From NCBI GenBank assembly GCA_964035545.1, contig OZ037765.1:22939504-23003503 (forward strand): 64,000 nt of DNA, written 5' to 3'. Positions 1 to 12,300 of this stretch are shown piece by piece. The notes under the pieces were generated by a model. The model had not been told where the DNA came from and made no database searches. It saw nothing but the letters and a program-made list of their open reading frames with translations. The stretch is from Bugula neritina (taxonomy: Eukaryota; Animalia; Bryozoa). The number at the start of each line of letters is the position of its first letter. Position 1 is the stretch's first letter. The position numbers were made by a program, and so were the translations under genes.

Positions 1-199
1 TTTCACTGCTGAAAATTTCACTTCACTGTTTCCCATTTTGTTGTTTCGTGATAATAATTAACTAACATAACTGGACGGAGAATAAAAATAACTTATGGAC
101 GCAGGTTACTTGTTTATATGTAATCTTTTACTAATAAAATTATGATTGTACATCAAAAAAATAATTTAATAAGAAGAAAATTAGCAGTCCCTGCAACAC

Positions 200-3100
200 C
201 TATGCAGACAATGCGCATTTTTTCCGAAGAGCAGTCACTTCAAATTTGCCTTCATATTTTCTCTTTATGCCTCTTGGCAGTTGCCTGCATGATTCAATAT
301 TCAGTGTCTCTAAGTTAGGAAAGTTTTTCAACAAGGCTCTACAAGACAAACAAATGAACATGTAATTGTATAAAAGACGGTATCAACAAATGTTAGAGAT
401 AGAGCTGGAAATGATGCACCAAAGCATTAATGTAACCTTTTAAATTTCACAGAGAGGTTTTTAAACAGTATGTCATGAATATATGGTATCGGACCAATGG
501 ACAAAAGCTGCATACATATTAAAGCTGTTGATAAAGAAGTACTTGTGAATATATATATCTATATATAGTTGAGATTGTGTGAATCATAATTTACCGAAGT
601 TGAAACATGACTATTGCAGTTCCTGAACAATGGAGAACTTTCAATTTTTCACCAGTTGAACCGAGCAGAGATGCCAAAATCCGGCTAAATACAGAATCAC
701 TGCAATTTTTCAACCAAGATATATCCAACTCTTCTAGGTTTTCTACAAGCTAAGTATAACAGTGTGTTATGCATTGGTTGTTTCCATGCAGAATGATATA
801 AATATTGTACCAGTTCAACCAGATGAAGTTTTTATTGCAAAAGTACTTTGTAGAAAAGTTTATCATCCATACCATGCTTAAATCCATTTCAATACCATTT
901 ACAAGAGATACATCACAAAGATTCAAGGACTGCAGTTTTGGTAGAGATGGGCCTTCAAAGAGACACTGCATATGTGCCAAGTTCCAGCCACGCAAATCCA
1001 AATACTTTAGATTAGGAGAGTTTCGTAGAAAACTAGAAAACAAAAAATTATATTATAGTAACAAAGAAAGAAAAATTTCTAGAAGAGAATGTAGTTAACA
1101 TTATAAAACTAAAAAAGCTATATAAATTAGCGTAGTTACAGCCATAGGTGATGCCCAAGTGGACATAACTGAATGCACCACTGATTGGTTTAAAACACTG
1201 TGTGCTACGTTTTCAGTAATAATAGAATAGAGGCCTGAAAAGCAATCTAACTGAGGAAAATGTCCATCACCAAAACTGCTAGACTTACTGAAAAAACACT
1301 ATTTCAGCACAGACATGTTCTTTTTGGGGTGTTTGTGTATTCAATAGGAATAGAGAAAAGCCTTATTTGACATGTGTTAAATTACATTCACAGTCGGTCC
1401 TGGGGAAAACTTTTGCTAAATTGCATGTGAACACACAATTTCCAAACTGATAAGCCAATCAGAGTAAGCCATCTTTTGGAAACAGGAATTGTTTTCCATT
1501 TAATCTCTCAATGTAGAAGTCCAGAACAGCAAGTTAATGCATGCATTACACTAATTCTCCTCACATCAACCATTATTTTTACAATTTGAAGATGCATCAA
1601 ATAATTTGTGAACTTGATTCAAATAATTTAAAATAGTGTACTGAGTTTGTGTTTGCGTCTTATTAAACTTTTTATTGACACCGGGGCTGAAAAAATATCA
1701 AATTGCAAACCATCAATGGGAGTTGTCTCCTTATAAGATATATAAATGAAGCTATAAAGAAAGAATGTGTTAACAAATAACATGAGAGTTCAAGATATAA
1801 AGAATTGCATTATAATGCAATTCCATTATAACTTTGTACAGTTGATTAAATTTTATACACCGCAATTTCCAAAAAAATTCATATATAATATTATTTATAA
1901 TTATGTCTGTCACATTAGTACATACATACATATTTTACACAAACTTTAAAATAAAATGTTAATATCACAACTCTGAAGTATGTTTGTTGCCACTTTGTAT
2001 TCTAGTTCTTAAAGAGAAAACAACTCTCATTATTTAAAAAAAAGCCCACACCTAATTGAATCAACACATGTATATAAAATTTGCATGAAATAATTTTTTA
2101 TTACCAACAGACCATTGATCAGTTACTTTCTAATCAGAGAGAAGTTTGCTCATGACTAGCAATTAATTTATCAAATGTTAATATTTCCTAAAATAAGACT
2201 ACAAAAACTGTTATTAGCTAAACAAGTTTTTGAAAAAAATTTCTTTGTTAAAAACGAACAACTTTATACTTACATAGTAAGAGCAAGTTTGGTTTTAGGA
2301 GCTGTGAACTCTATCAGATTAGGAAAGTAAGTTTCGGACTCCAAATCATCTGTGACTGCCTGTAATCAGTATTATAAGTTTATACATGATGAAAATATTT
2401 TATAGATAAAACGTAATTTTATCACACTGAAACCTTTGGTGTACACAAATTTTTTTGTAAATTAATAAAAGGCATATATTAAAAACTTAAAATAACATGC
2501 TCAGCCAATCGTGGCTATCTATACAATCAACATGTGATGAATTCACCGGAATAGCTATTTTCAAAAACTTGATCCCCGCATGGTCCAAAGAATTTAAGCG
2601 ATCACTAAAGCTAATATTAATATACTAAACTACGAACATACCTGAGCTAATTAAACAAAAACATTTTTATGTTTAATGCTAGCATATTAAAGAGTTGCTT
2701 CTATCTACTTTAAATGTTTCCACAGAACTATATAAATCAAAGGGAGGGATTACCTGAGCAGTGGAACATTGAGACATCCTCAGCACTTCTAAACTAGAAG
2801 AAATGGCCTCAAACATTTGGAGTAGAGTTGAATGGTCAGGTAATACTGCGCGTGAAATATCCAATAGAGTCAGCTGCTTAAGAGACTTAATAGATGTGAA
2901 CACAGCCTTGTGAATCCTAGTATTAAGGCAACCAGCTATTTCCACTTTCTTCAGAGTCATGCAATGGTGAGTCAGAATATCACATATTCCAGCAGAAAGC
3001 TCCCCACAGTTATTCATATTGGAAATGTTGAGTGCCTCGAGACCTTCGAAACCTCTAGCTATGTACTTCAGACTATCGGGTCTGACTTTATCACATCCTT

Positions 3101-4928
3101 GAATGTTGAGAGATTTTAGTCCAGGGAATTTATCAACTACAAACTGTGAAACAGCATTGAGTTAGAGGAGTTCTCACAGAGAATACTGCAGGTCTGTGGT
3201 ATTATAATAACATTTCATCACAGAATCATACACTTTGTGATGTTTGAATAAAGTTTAACTAGAAGTCAATGATGTGGGCTACAACCAGAGGCAGGGGCAA
3301 AATGAAGCCAATTGATTACCTTGAAGCAGCAGTAAGGCAAAATAGAGAAAAGTTTGACAAAGAATTGAAATCAACCACAAAAACAATTTCTTAAATCGAA
3401 TGATGTTTAAGAGTACTATTATTAAACCAAGTAGCTGATTTTAAAGCAACGAAAGGCTAAAAATCCCAAATTTTAAAGGAAAAAAGTTTTGGGTACTTTA
3501 AATCATCCTTCACCACATATCAAATATTTTTAAATTCTCCAATGAAAACCATAATTAACCAACAGTAGCATTGGTATGGACTGATACTTCAAATTTCTTA
3601 CTTTTAACCAGAGCTGGCAAGTAGAAATTTTGCTTGTGCATTATATATCAATGAGAAGAAAGACTAGATATAACATATACCTGAATGAGTTTAGAGTTGA
3701 CCTTTTTGCATTCAGATAAGCAAAGGTGACGCAATTGAGAGAGGTAGCCACGTTCTGAGAGATGTTTAAGCGCCATTTCTTGAGATTTGATCCAACCAAA
3801 CGACAAGTCTAAAGAATGCCAGAGCGATGGATCTGTTGATACTAACCTCCATTGTTTACACACTGTAGATAACCTAGTGTAAAGACAATATACTGTACAA
3901 AGCATATCGCAGTTACCAGTTTAAATCGTACTTTACCATAATTATATTAGATGATCAAAAGAAAGTCAGAATGATGTTTGAAAACGATCAGTCCAAAGAA
4001 GATTTGCATTAATGTGGGGTAGCATTAGTCTAACACATATTATTTGTCAGCTCACAAGGTAATACTGCATATCTACACTCTGTATGTCACATGAACACCC
4101 AGGGTACTCCGAAGACGTACTAGTAATTTCCCTTTCTGACACTACGACTACAGCATTAGACTAAGTTGAGTTTCTCTATAAAGTTTAAAAATAGAGCTTA
4201 CATCTTCCGATACATTTCAATACAAACTTGTATAAATTATATAAATTCGCTGACAATGTAAAGTTACTGAACAATAAAAAAGAGCGTCTCTTTTATGCAG
4301 TATATTTTTAGAGCTTTTTACCATTTATTGTGAGATAATTTAAGAGTATTTTCAATATTCTAAAGCAAGCAGTTTTGAGTCAGTATTGAAACGAACCGAC
4401 CAACCTGAGAAGAAGCTTGAGTTTGCTGGGTTCACTAGCCACTGCCAATTGAAATATTTTCAATAATACTTTAGCAGGTATATAATTACTCCAAGCATTT
4501 GCATGTACAGACAAATCAGCTTGAGTAATGCTTTGTTTTACCTCAACCTTTCGCTTTTTCTTTGTGACTTTTGTTTTTTGAGTAACATCTTCCCTTTGAA
4601 AAGCAATACCAATAATATGAATAACCTAAGAATAATTCAAGAGTTTGAAAACAGAAAAGATTTATCAATCATACAGATTTTAAAATAATTTTTTGGAGAT
4701 TATAATTATGGTTTGGCACTTATATTTAATTCAAATCTTGCAATGAAGAAGTTTCAATTCTTACAACTCGTCATTAGGGACATAATCTTCATCAGAGCTA
4801 TCGTCTTCATCAGATAACACACACTTGTCACCGTTTCTTTTTGATGATAGCCTGACTAGGATAGGAGCGCTACTTTTCTTTCTTTTCCTTCCAACACCAG
4901 AGCTAATCTTAGCTATTAGTCTGTCCAT
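200..4928 (-). CDS. FBXL6: F-box/LRR-repeat protein 6-like (SCF substrate receptor), 8 coding exons, ~491 aa
   Basis: Exons (minus): 4928-4765, 4593-4405, 3873-3681, 3143-2754, 2359-2274, 1032-873, 749-595, 338-200. All introns are GT-AG with consistent phases; total 1476 nt. F-box WSNYIPAKVLLKIFQLAV...LLRLSTVCKQWRLVSTDPSLWHSLDLS is followed by cysteine-containing LRRs (LRHLCLSECKKV, LKSLNIQGCDKV, LKYLDLRG). The C-terminal CRQLPRGIKRKY resembles the FBXL6 C-terminus as I recall it. Confidence 0.88.
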
Positions 4929-5879
4929 TTCACTGTATATAGCAAAATAAGTCACCTGGAGGATCAGCTAAGTGCAAGTTTGGTATATCATTTACAGTAA
5001 ATAGAGATACCTATTTTATATAATAATATAGAATAACTTTAAGTTTTAGGCTATTTGACTCTATGCTAATGACGTTCACTTGCAAATATTGTACTATTAT
5101 GAAATAAACAGAGGTTCCAGCTTATGTTGTTGACATGACAGATAAACTATTGCTACACCCGATATAAGCAAAGATACAAGAAAAGCACATAGCTGTTACT
5201 GCAAAGGTTAAATTTCACCATTACTATATTTAATTTAGTTAGCGACTAGTTTATCATAAAGTAATTAAACAGAAAACCCAAGACAATGTGCAATGTGCAT
5301 AGCTGGTAATTTTGAGTTCAATTGGCAGGAAGATATGTGAAAATTTGCTTTCTGTTCCTGAGACCATAACAAGTTAGTTAGATTTTTGAGTGCAACACAA
5401 CTCCAAAATAGTGCCTATTATTAAAAAACAATTTCCATCTAGAGAGATGCTGTTCTAGTACATTCCATCACAAGTATAAGATATGAAGTACACAATCAAG
5501 AAGACAAAATTTACAATATTTACAGACACAGGCATATAAATAATTTAGCAGGCTTTTACTAGTGAAAACTGAAAATATTGCCAATTACTTTTTAACTTTA
5601 ATGATAATATATATTAAATAGGCTAAAATCTTCTAAAAAATAGTTCAAGTATTACCCATTCATCATTGCGAAGATTATAAGAGTAGTTATTAATTTTTAA
5701 TAAAATGTTTTGCGTAATTCTTGCAGAACCGTTGATTTTAGGTAATAATCATAGACATATCTAAAATTGGCAATGTTGCATATAAGATCATGTAACATTA
5801 TGATAAAGTTGAACCTAACGTTAAAAGTATCATTATTCAGCATTGTATGACTTCAAAGTTTGAATGTGTGGGTATAACT

Positions 5880-6678
5880 ATAAGTATTGCCATTGGCATT
5901 GGTGTATTTTTAGAATTACTATTAACATTATAATGATGAATATTTATATTATAATTATACCAATACTAATAGTGATACACAAGTTAAATTAGCATTACAA
6001 ATACATGCTTATGTTCGTAGTCAGTGTCACTATCATAGTGATAGTCATACATTTATACTTATAGACTATCAGTATCAGTATGAGTATTAGTATTACTATG
6101 ACTATGTCTATAGTTATACATTTTATATACTTAGTCTTATACTTACAGTTATACTAATACTAATAGTACTACTAATACTTATAGTTATAGAGTTATAGTT
6201 ATACTCAACCAACCAATACAAAACAGATACTACTAGTAATACTAATGCTTATAGTTATAAGTTATGCTTATAATAATTATTATTATTATACTAATACTAA
6301 TAGTAATACTAAGTCTAATAGTAATAGTAGTGGTAACACTTGTTTATACTTAGAGACTATCAATATCACTATAGATAGAGTGATGCTGATGGTTATTCCT
6401 ATAACTATAAGTATAATTATATTGGTATTCACATTCGACCAACGTTTAACTTTAAGTTTTATACTTACAGTTTGTGAGTTTACCATAATTTATCAATAAT
6501 CCTTATCGTTATCATTATCAATATCATTATCATAATCATAATGATAATGATTATCATTATGATTATGTGGAAATTCAACTTACACGAAGTCTAACTGTAA
6601 CTCTAAACCTAATAACTATAGGTGATTACTAACAACTAATAATTTATACTAATAGTAATATACATACTCATAGAATAC
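5880..6678. repeat. Cryptic period-6 low-complexity tract (ANTATN / ATANTN words)
   Basis: e.g. agtatc agtatg agtatt agtatt actatg actatg tctata (6071-6112); atacta atacta atagta (6151-6168). Confidence 0.8.
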
Positions 6679-7015
6679 CTAAAACAGGAACGTTTTATTT
6701 TTAATCATTTAAAATTGCTGAGTCGGCAAGGTGCAAATTGCTTGCAAGTAATCACTGTAATGAAATGTCCATGTCTCTAGGAGTGAAAATCGCAAGTTGA
6801 CACTCAAAGAAAAAGGTCAAAGACCGTGCTTGCTCAAAGTGGGAGGTGTTTAGAGCAAATTTAGATTTTTATTCGCGCTTGGAATATAATATTTGAAGCT
6901 ACACGTGCCTACCCCCAAGTTTTAGGCTCCAACTATTAGGTTTCAAGGTATTTCCAACGGGGTATGCATTTTGTCACGCCGTTGGTCATGTGACATTTCT
7001 GTGCGCAAACTTCTG
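6679..7015 (-). promoter_or_regulatory. Probable non-coding first exon and promoter of the FBXL6-like gene
   Basis: Local rise in GC/CpG. A minus-strand donor AG|GTATTC lies at 6679/6678. E-box GTCATGTGAC at 6985-6994. The TSS is inferred, not observed. Confidence 0.5.
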
Positions 7016-7790
7016 TGAAGATAACTACAATACTGAAGGTTGTTGCCCTCAAAGTTTTATTAAAAGAATTGACAGTCATTTACATGATTATAAGCCTGTA
7101 GTGACGGTATAATTAAAATTAAACGTTTATCACAAAACAAAAATAGTAAACACTTTTTTCTCTATCTTATAGTGACAAATGCAACTGTAGTTCTCAAGCT
7201 GCACATGTTCAATTGGATTTGAAAGGCAGAAAACTCCACCTTTTACATCTTCCTGTTGGCAAATAATTATTTACAACAATTTTGCTTTTTCTAAGATAAT
7301 TGATTGCTCTTCTCTTAGCTTGACTCAAGCAGTGCACATAACATGGCGAACATCTGTTTATTTTGTGAAACAAATATACTTGTAATAGCAGACAACTATA
7401 TTTATATTCATCACTACCCACTTACAAAAAACTAAGTTGCATAATAAGCATAATGTAGTTTTTAAGTTTTATTTTGTACTATGTTTATTATTTTTTGTAG
7501 CTGAGTTTATCCTATAGCAGCAAATATTTTATAGTTTCTTTAACCGCATTCTTAGTCAACACAGCTTTTCAGTCATTTCATAGTCATAGTTAGCCATAAC
7601 ATCAGTATTTTCATTTGTATAACATATCTCACAAAGTTCATAATAAGTAACAACACACCACACTACACTAATTACAAATAAGGGTTGGTAGTTTTATCAA
7701 GTTTACATACAATATTTATTAATACAGTGCACAAGCCACTAAACTGCAGTTAATGTAGCAAGATGCAAAGAAAAATCGATTAACTTTTCC

Positions 7791-7793
<3 letters not shown>

Positions 7794-7865
<72 letters not shown>
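7794..7865. repeat. (TA)36 microsatellite
   Basis: Perfect TA run, probably in or just past the 3' UTR of the zinc finger gene. Confidence 0.98.
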
Positions 7866-7869
<4 letters not shown>

Positions 7870-9380
7870 CATGCTAGCTTTGCACAAGTATATTATGACC
7901 CTGTATTATATAACTATACAAACTTGTTAGCATAAGAATAAATTTGGTAATGAAATGGTATTACTTTATCGGTTAACTTTACAATGTATATAAGCCAAAT
8001 AGTAGATTACAAGAGTACTGTCACCCATCTTGAGTGCCCATGGTGGAATAGGTTCGAAAGAAAGGAGAGCAGATTACAGGGGCAGGCAATTTATTCTTGC
8101 AAACCATTCTTTTCAATACATGACCCATTCAAAGTAATATTCTGCATTCAACTTTCAACTTTCTGTTAAGCTCAAACATTATTCCTATCAGTGTAGAATT
8201 CTCAGTTGAAGAAATTGCTTTGCTAAGCTGCATGCAATTTGAAAAATGTCACAGTTGCCTTAAAGCAATGCTGAAACCATGACTTTTCATAAAGAACTTG
8301 GAAATACGGATGATCTTGCATCTTGAGCCAATGTTACTTGAGAGTTTTTGACTATAATTAGTGGCCAGTATAAACCTTAACCAATACTGATGTGGCTTAT
8401 TAGCCAAGCAAGTCCATGACTAGATGATTTACACAATTACAGCCCTTTGTAAGGCTTATTAGCTGCTATACATGAAGTTACAACGAATATTACCTTGTAC
8501 CTGTGATAAACAGTATCAAAATTTATAGTCATGTTTGTTTTCTTTACTAACAAATAATAGCATAACTCCACACAGGAAATTGTCTCAACAGCAATCTATC
8601 TGTAGACCTCAATGTTAAAAACTAATTAGGAAATAACTTTAAATTATTGATGTTTTGCTTTATTGCATTATTTTTGATTGAGTGTAGTGCAGTTTTGATT
8701 TGAATTCTAATTTGACATCTAAAGTAATGAAGTGCATAATACAAGCCTAAAATATCAGCTTGCTGTATTTCCAACACTAATTTAATAAAATTAATCAATA
8801 ATATTATATTAGGCATATAACAAAAATGTGATAATAATCAACAACAGAACATTTACGCAGAACTACTACAGAAAAAATCAATTATTTTTAATCATAATAA
8901 ATACATACAGTATATGGCTCTACAACCATTATATTAGTTAGGCAAAACTATGAACAAAGATAACTATTTTATTATTATAAGCAAGTGCAAGTCATCAAAA
9001 TGTAGCCATAATTTCTTTTGTGTAATTCCATGTGCAAACTATGTAAGCTGTTTTCGAACTTACTGGTGCGTAATAAATTTTCAAAGAAAGTATAAAACAT
9101 TTAAACAATTAAATATGATATTGATAAGAAAAACATTTGGTATAATATCAAATGCATTAGAGTATTAAGCTGTATTAATGTGCATTATTCAACTAAGTTG
9201 AAGAACCTAGCCCTACACTATCTAATTAATCAAAACTAATATATTCTCTAAACTAAAATGATACAATATTATTATAAGTGATTAAAAAAGTCTACAACAG
9301 CAGAGTGACTGAAAATCATAAAAACAAATGAGAGTATGAGGTAAGGCATAGGATATAAAGCAGAGAGCCTGTCCGCTGGA

Positions 9381-12300
9381 TTAAGTGCTAATTGATTGTC
9401 TGTGTGTTTGGTTGGACAGGTTAGAATTACCAGTATTGTTATTATTTCCCAGTTTGTTAGCTACAAGCAAGCCAGATATAACTTGGGCTATAGCTGACCC
9501 TTTGACACCAGTAGTACCAACTGCCTCAGCTCTCTCCGAGATTGCACTAATCACATCATCAACCCCCTCTGGTGGAGTTTCTTCTTTCTTGCAGACCTTT
9601 TCGTCCTCTGGCATGTCTTTAGGCAGCTCATGTTCGGCAGGGGGAAGCTGGACATCTGGCGTTTTAGGTTCTTGTGGCATGCTGACACAGTCATGCTGGT
9701 CATATTGAAGCTGACTCTCAAACGACTGAGTGCAACGATCACAAGGGTACAAATTTCCGTCTGAAGGCACATACTTACAAGGCACGGCTTTCTTGCGATG
9801 ACTTAGAGCGGAGTCATAACTTAGGTTCAAGCTGTCTTCGCTGTCAGCACGCTGATCTAGAGACGTGCTGTCATTTACTGGTGAGTCTGGTGTGGGTGTA
9901 CTCAGCTGCTGCTGGATTTGATCCATCAACATCTTTTTGTATGGAGTACTCAGCTCATCAACGGAATGTTCATTCTTAACAGCAGCAATCACACTGAAAC
10001 ACAGGCAGCTACAGCTATATTTCAGTGCATAAACTATTACCTTTAAAGATTTAGGATTCTGGGTTGAAGCGAAATAGACAGGTTTTGCAATCAATTTGAC
10101 AAATTTTGTTGCTGTATTAAACATCTAAAGAATGGTGTACAGACTGAAGTTGATAATGTCAACACTCAATAAGAGCAGACAAAAGAACTGAATTATGACA
10201 ATGAAACCTTAGACAGGCAAACACAATTCTTAAATTTATGTCTCATTTAATTGTTTTATTTATGGTAGAGTAAATAACTTTATGGCAAAACTTATCTTTA
10301 CATTCCATAGGCTGAGAACATAAAATTAACAAGCAAGCCCAATGAGAGAAGGGGAAAGCTATACCAACCTGTCATCTAGATTCTGTGGATTTATGCCGTG
10401 CACACTACGGAGATGTTTTTTAAGTATGTGTCTATATATGAGATTTTCCCCACAAACCTGTAATGTAATAGGCAAGAATATAACAAAATGTCCTACTATA
10501 TCTTACAAAATGCAGCAGGACAAATCAGTGAATGTATCGAGCGTTACAGGCCTAGAATAACCAAAGAGGTGGCAGTAATAAAATATATCTAAAATTAACT
10601 TTGTACCACACAATCAATATATATTAAAATATAAGCTGGATTTAACACTACTCGTACATAGGATAAAGTAGTAATAGTCACAAGGGTATACTATATCATG
10701 AGACTTCTAAATAAATATATTCATTATTAATTTTAGTTCATTCTTAGTAATAATCAATTTGTGGTACATAAACGGTGAAAACAATTTCAAACAAAACTCA
10801 GCTTTGCCCATACCCAAGAGAACAATAAAAATGCATGCATATATTTACTTTTGAGAAAGACAAAATTATGAAAACTATAACGTGTAATTTGGAGCAAATA
10901 TTAAAGAAATCAGGGCACATGCTGCTTTGTAGAGACCGAGTGCTGTTCAACTGGTTAGTTAATTAGTTAGAGGCTGCGCTATATCTTGCATTGTTTTATT
11001 ATAGACAATTTACATGTAATTAAATTGACAGAGTTGATTAAGCGTAAATTAACATAATAAAGATGAAAGTTTAGACACTCAGGCCATATGGCAGCTGCAG
11101 TGAATGCACTGTTCACACAAAATACATAAAAAATAAATAGTGACATCAGGTGTTTGTAACAAAAAGAGGGATTCGCTATCAGTAATATTCTTCACAGAGC
11201 ATAATAATAAAAATATGGTTTGTGTGTTCATGCTTGAGAGCTTTCAAAAAGATATACTTGAAAGAAATATATTAATTCTAATCTTAATATAAATAGCGGA
11301 ACAAACAGGTGTAATCAATAGTTTTGGTGCTTGCTATCTGATGATAAATAGCAGACTAACAATTGACTATTTTTCGCTCTAGTGTTCATTCAATATTTGA
11401 CATGAAACAAAAAATAACAAGAATATATACTTTATAAGCAGTAAAACAAGAGCCATCTCTATGAACAATTATTTCATATTCAAATCTTTTGTGCTCTTTG
11501 CACAATAAAGCATTTCCAAAAAGCTTTGTGAACAATAAAGCTCATCAATTTAAAATTTACAACTTAATTATCCTAGCGTTACTGCACTGCGTTCCGTTTT
11601 ATCCAAGTACACTGTAACATTTACTTACATAAACATAACCACTAAAGTTTCACGAGATTATGAAATATAATAATATGCAGTATAATAATAAACCTGGGTA
11701 ACTAAAGACTGTTGTGACATTTATTTATAGAGAGGCTGTATTTATTTATTTTTAGGTTTCATAATATTTCCTTCACATTATTTTTTATCTGCTATCCTTT
11801 CAGTACTGACAGAGTCTCCCAAAATAAAACCAAAGATAAACACTATTCACTATCAAGCTTATAATGTTATTTTCCAATTTCGAAATTCTTAATTGTATAC
11901 GGAGACAAAAGTAGTCATTTTGATAGACTACAGTTGCATAGGTCATGATATAATATCTGCTTGTAATACTATTACCCCAATTAATACTGAATAGCACCAG
12001 CCTACAATAAATCTAACCTTATAATATTACAAGCAAATATAATGCAGTGCAATTTACCAGACTATATTACGCTCATAAAACTGAAATTAAAGAAAGGTTT
12101 AAAAATCAGTGTTTACTTTGGAAATACCAACATGTAAAAACAATCTTAGGCTTAATTGCTGAAATATTTATAACAAAGAGGTTGGGATAATATAATATTA
12201 TGAGAGGCACACTGGGTAATAAACCTACAATTATATTAACATTTTCCATCTATATACAGAATAATGACTGAAATTCTGCAATATTGTATTTGGCAGATGT

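Noticed and set aside
6245-6499. Hydrophobic, membrane-protein-like ORFs on both strands (also 52804-53029)
   Set aside because: By-products of the periodic low-complexity tracts; no splice context or domain.
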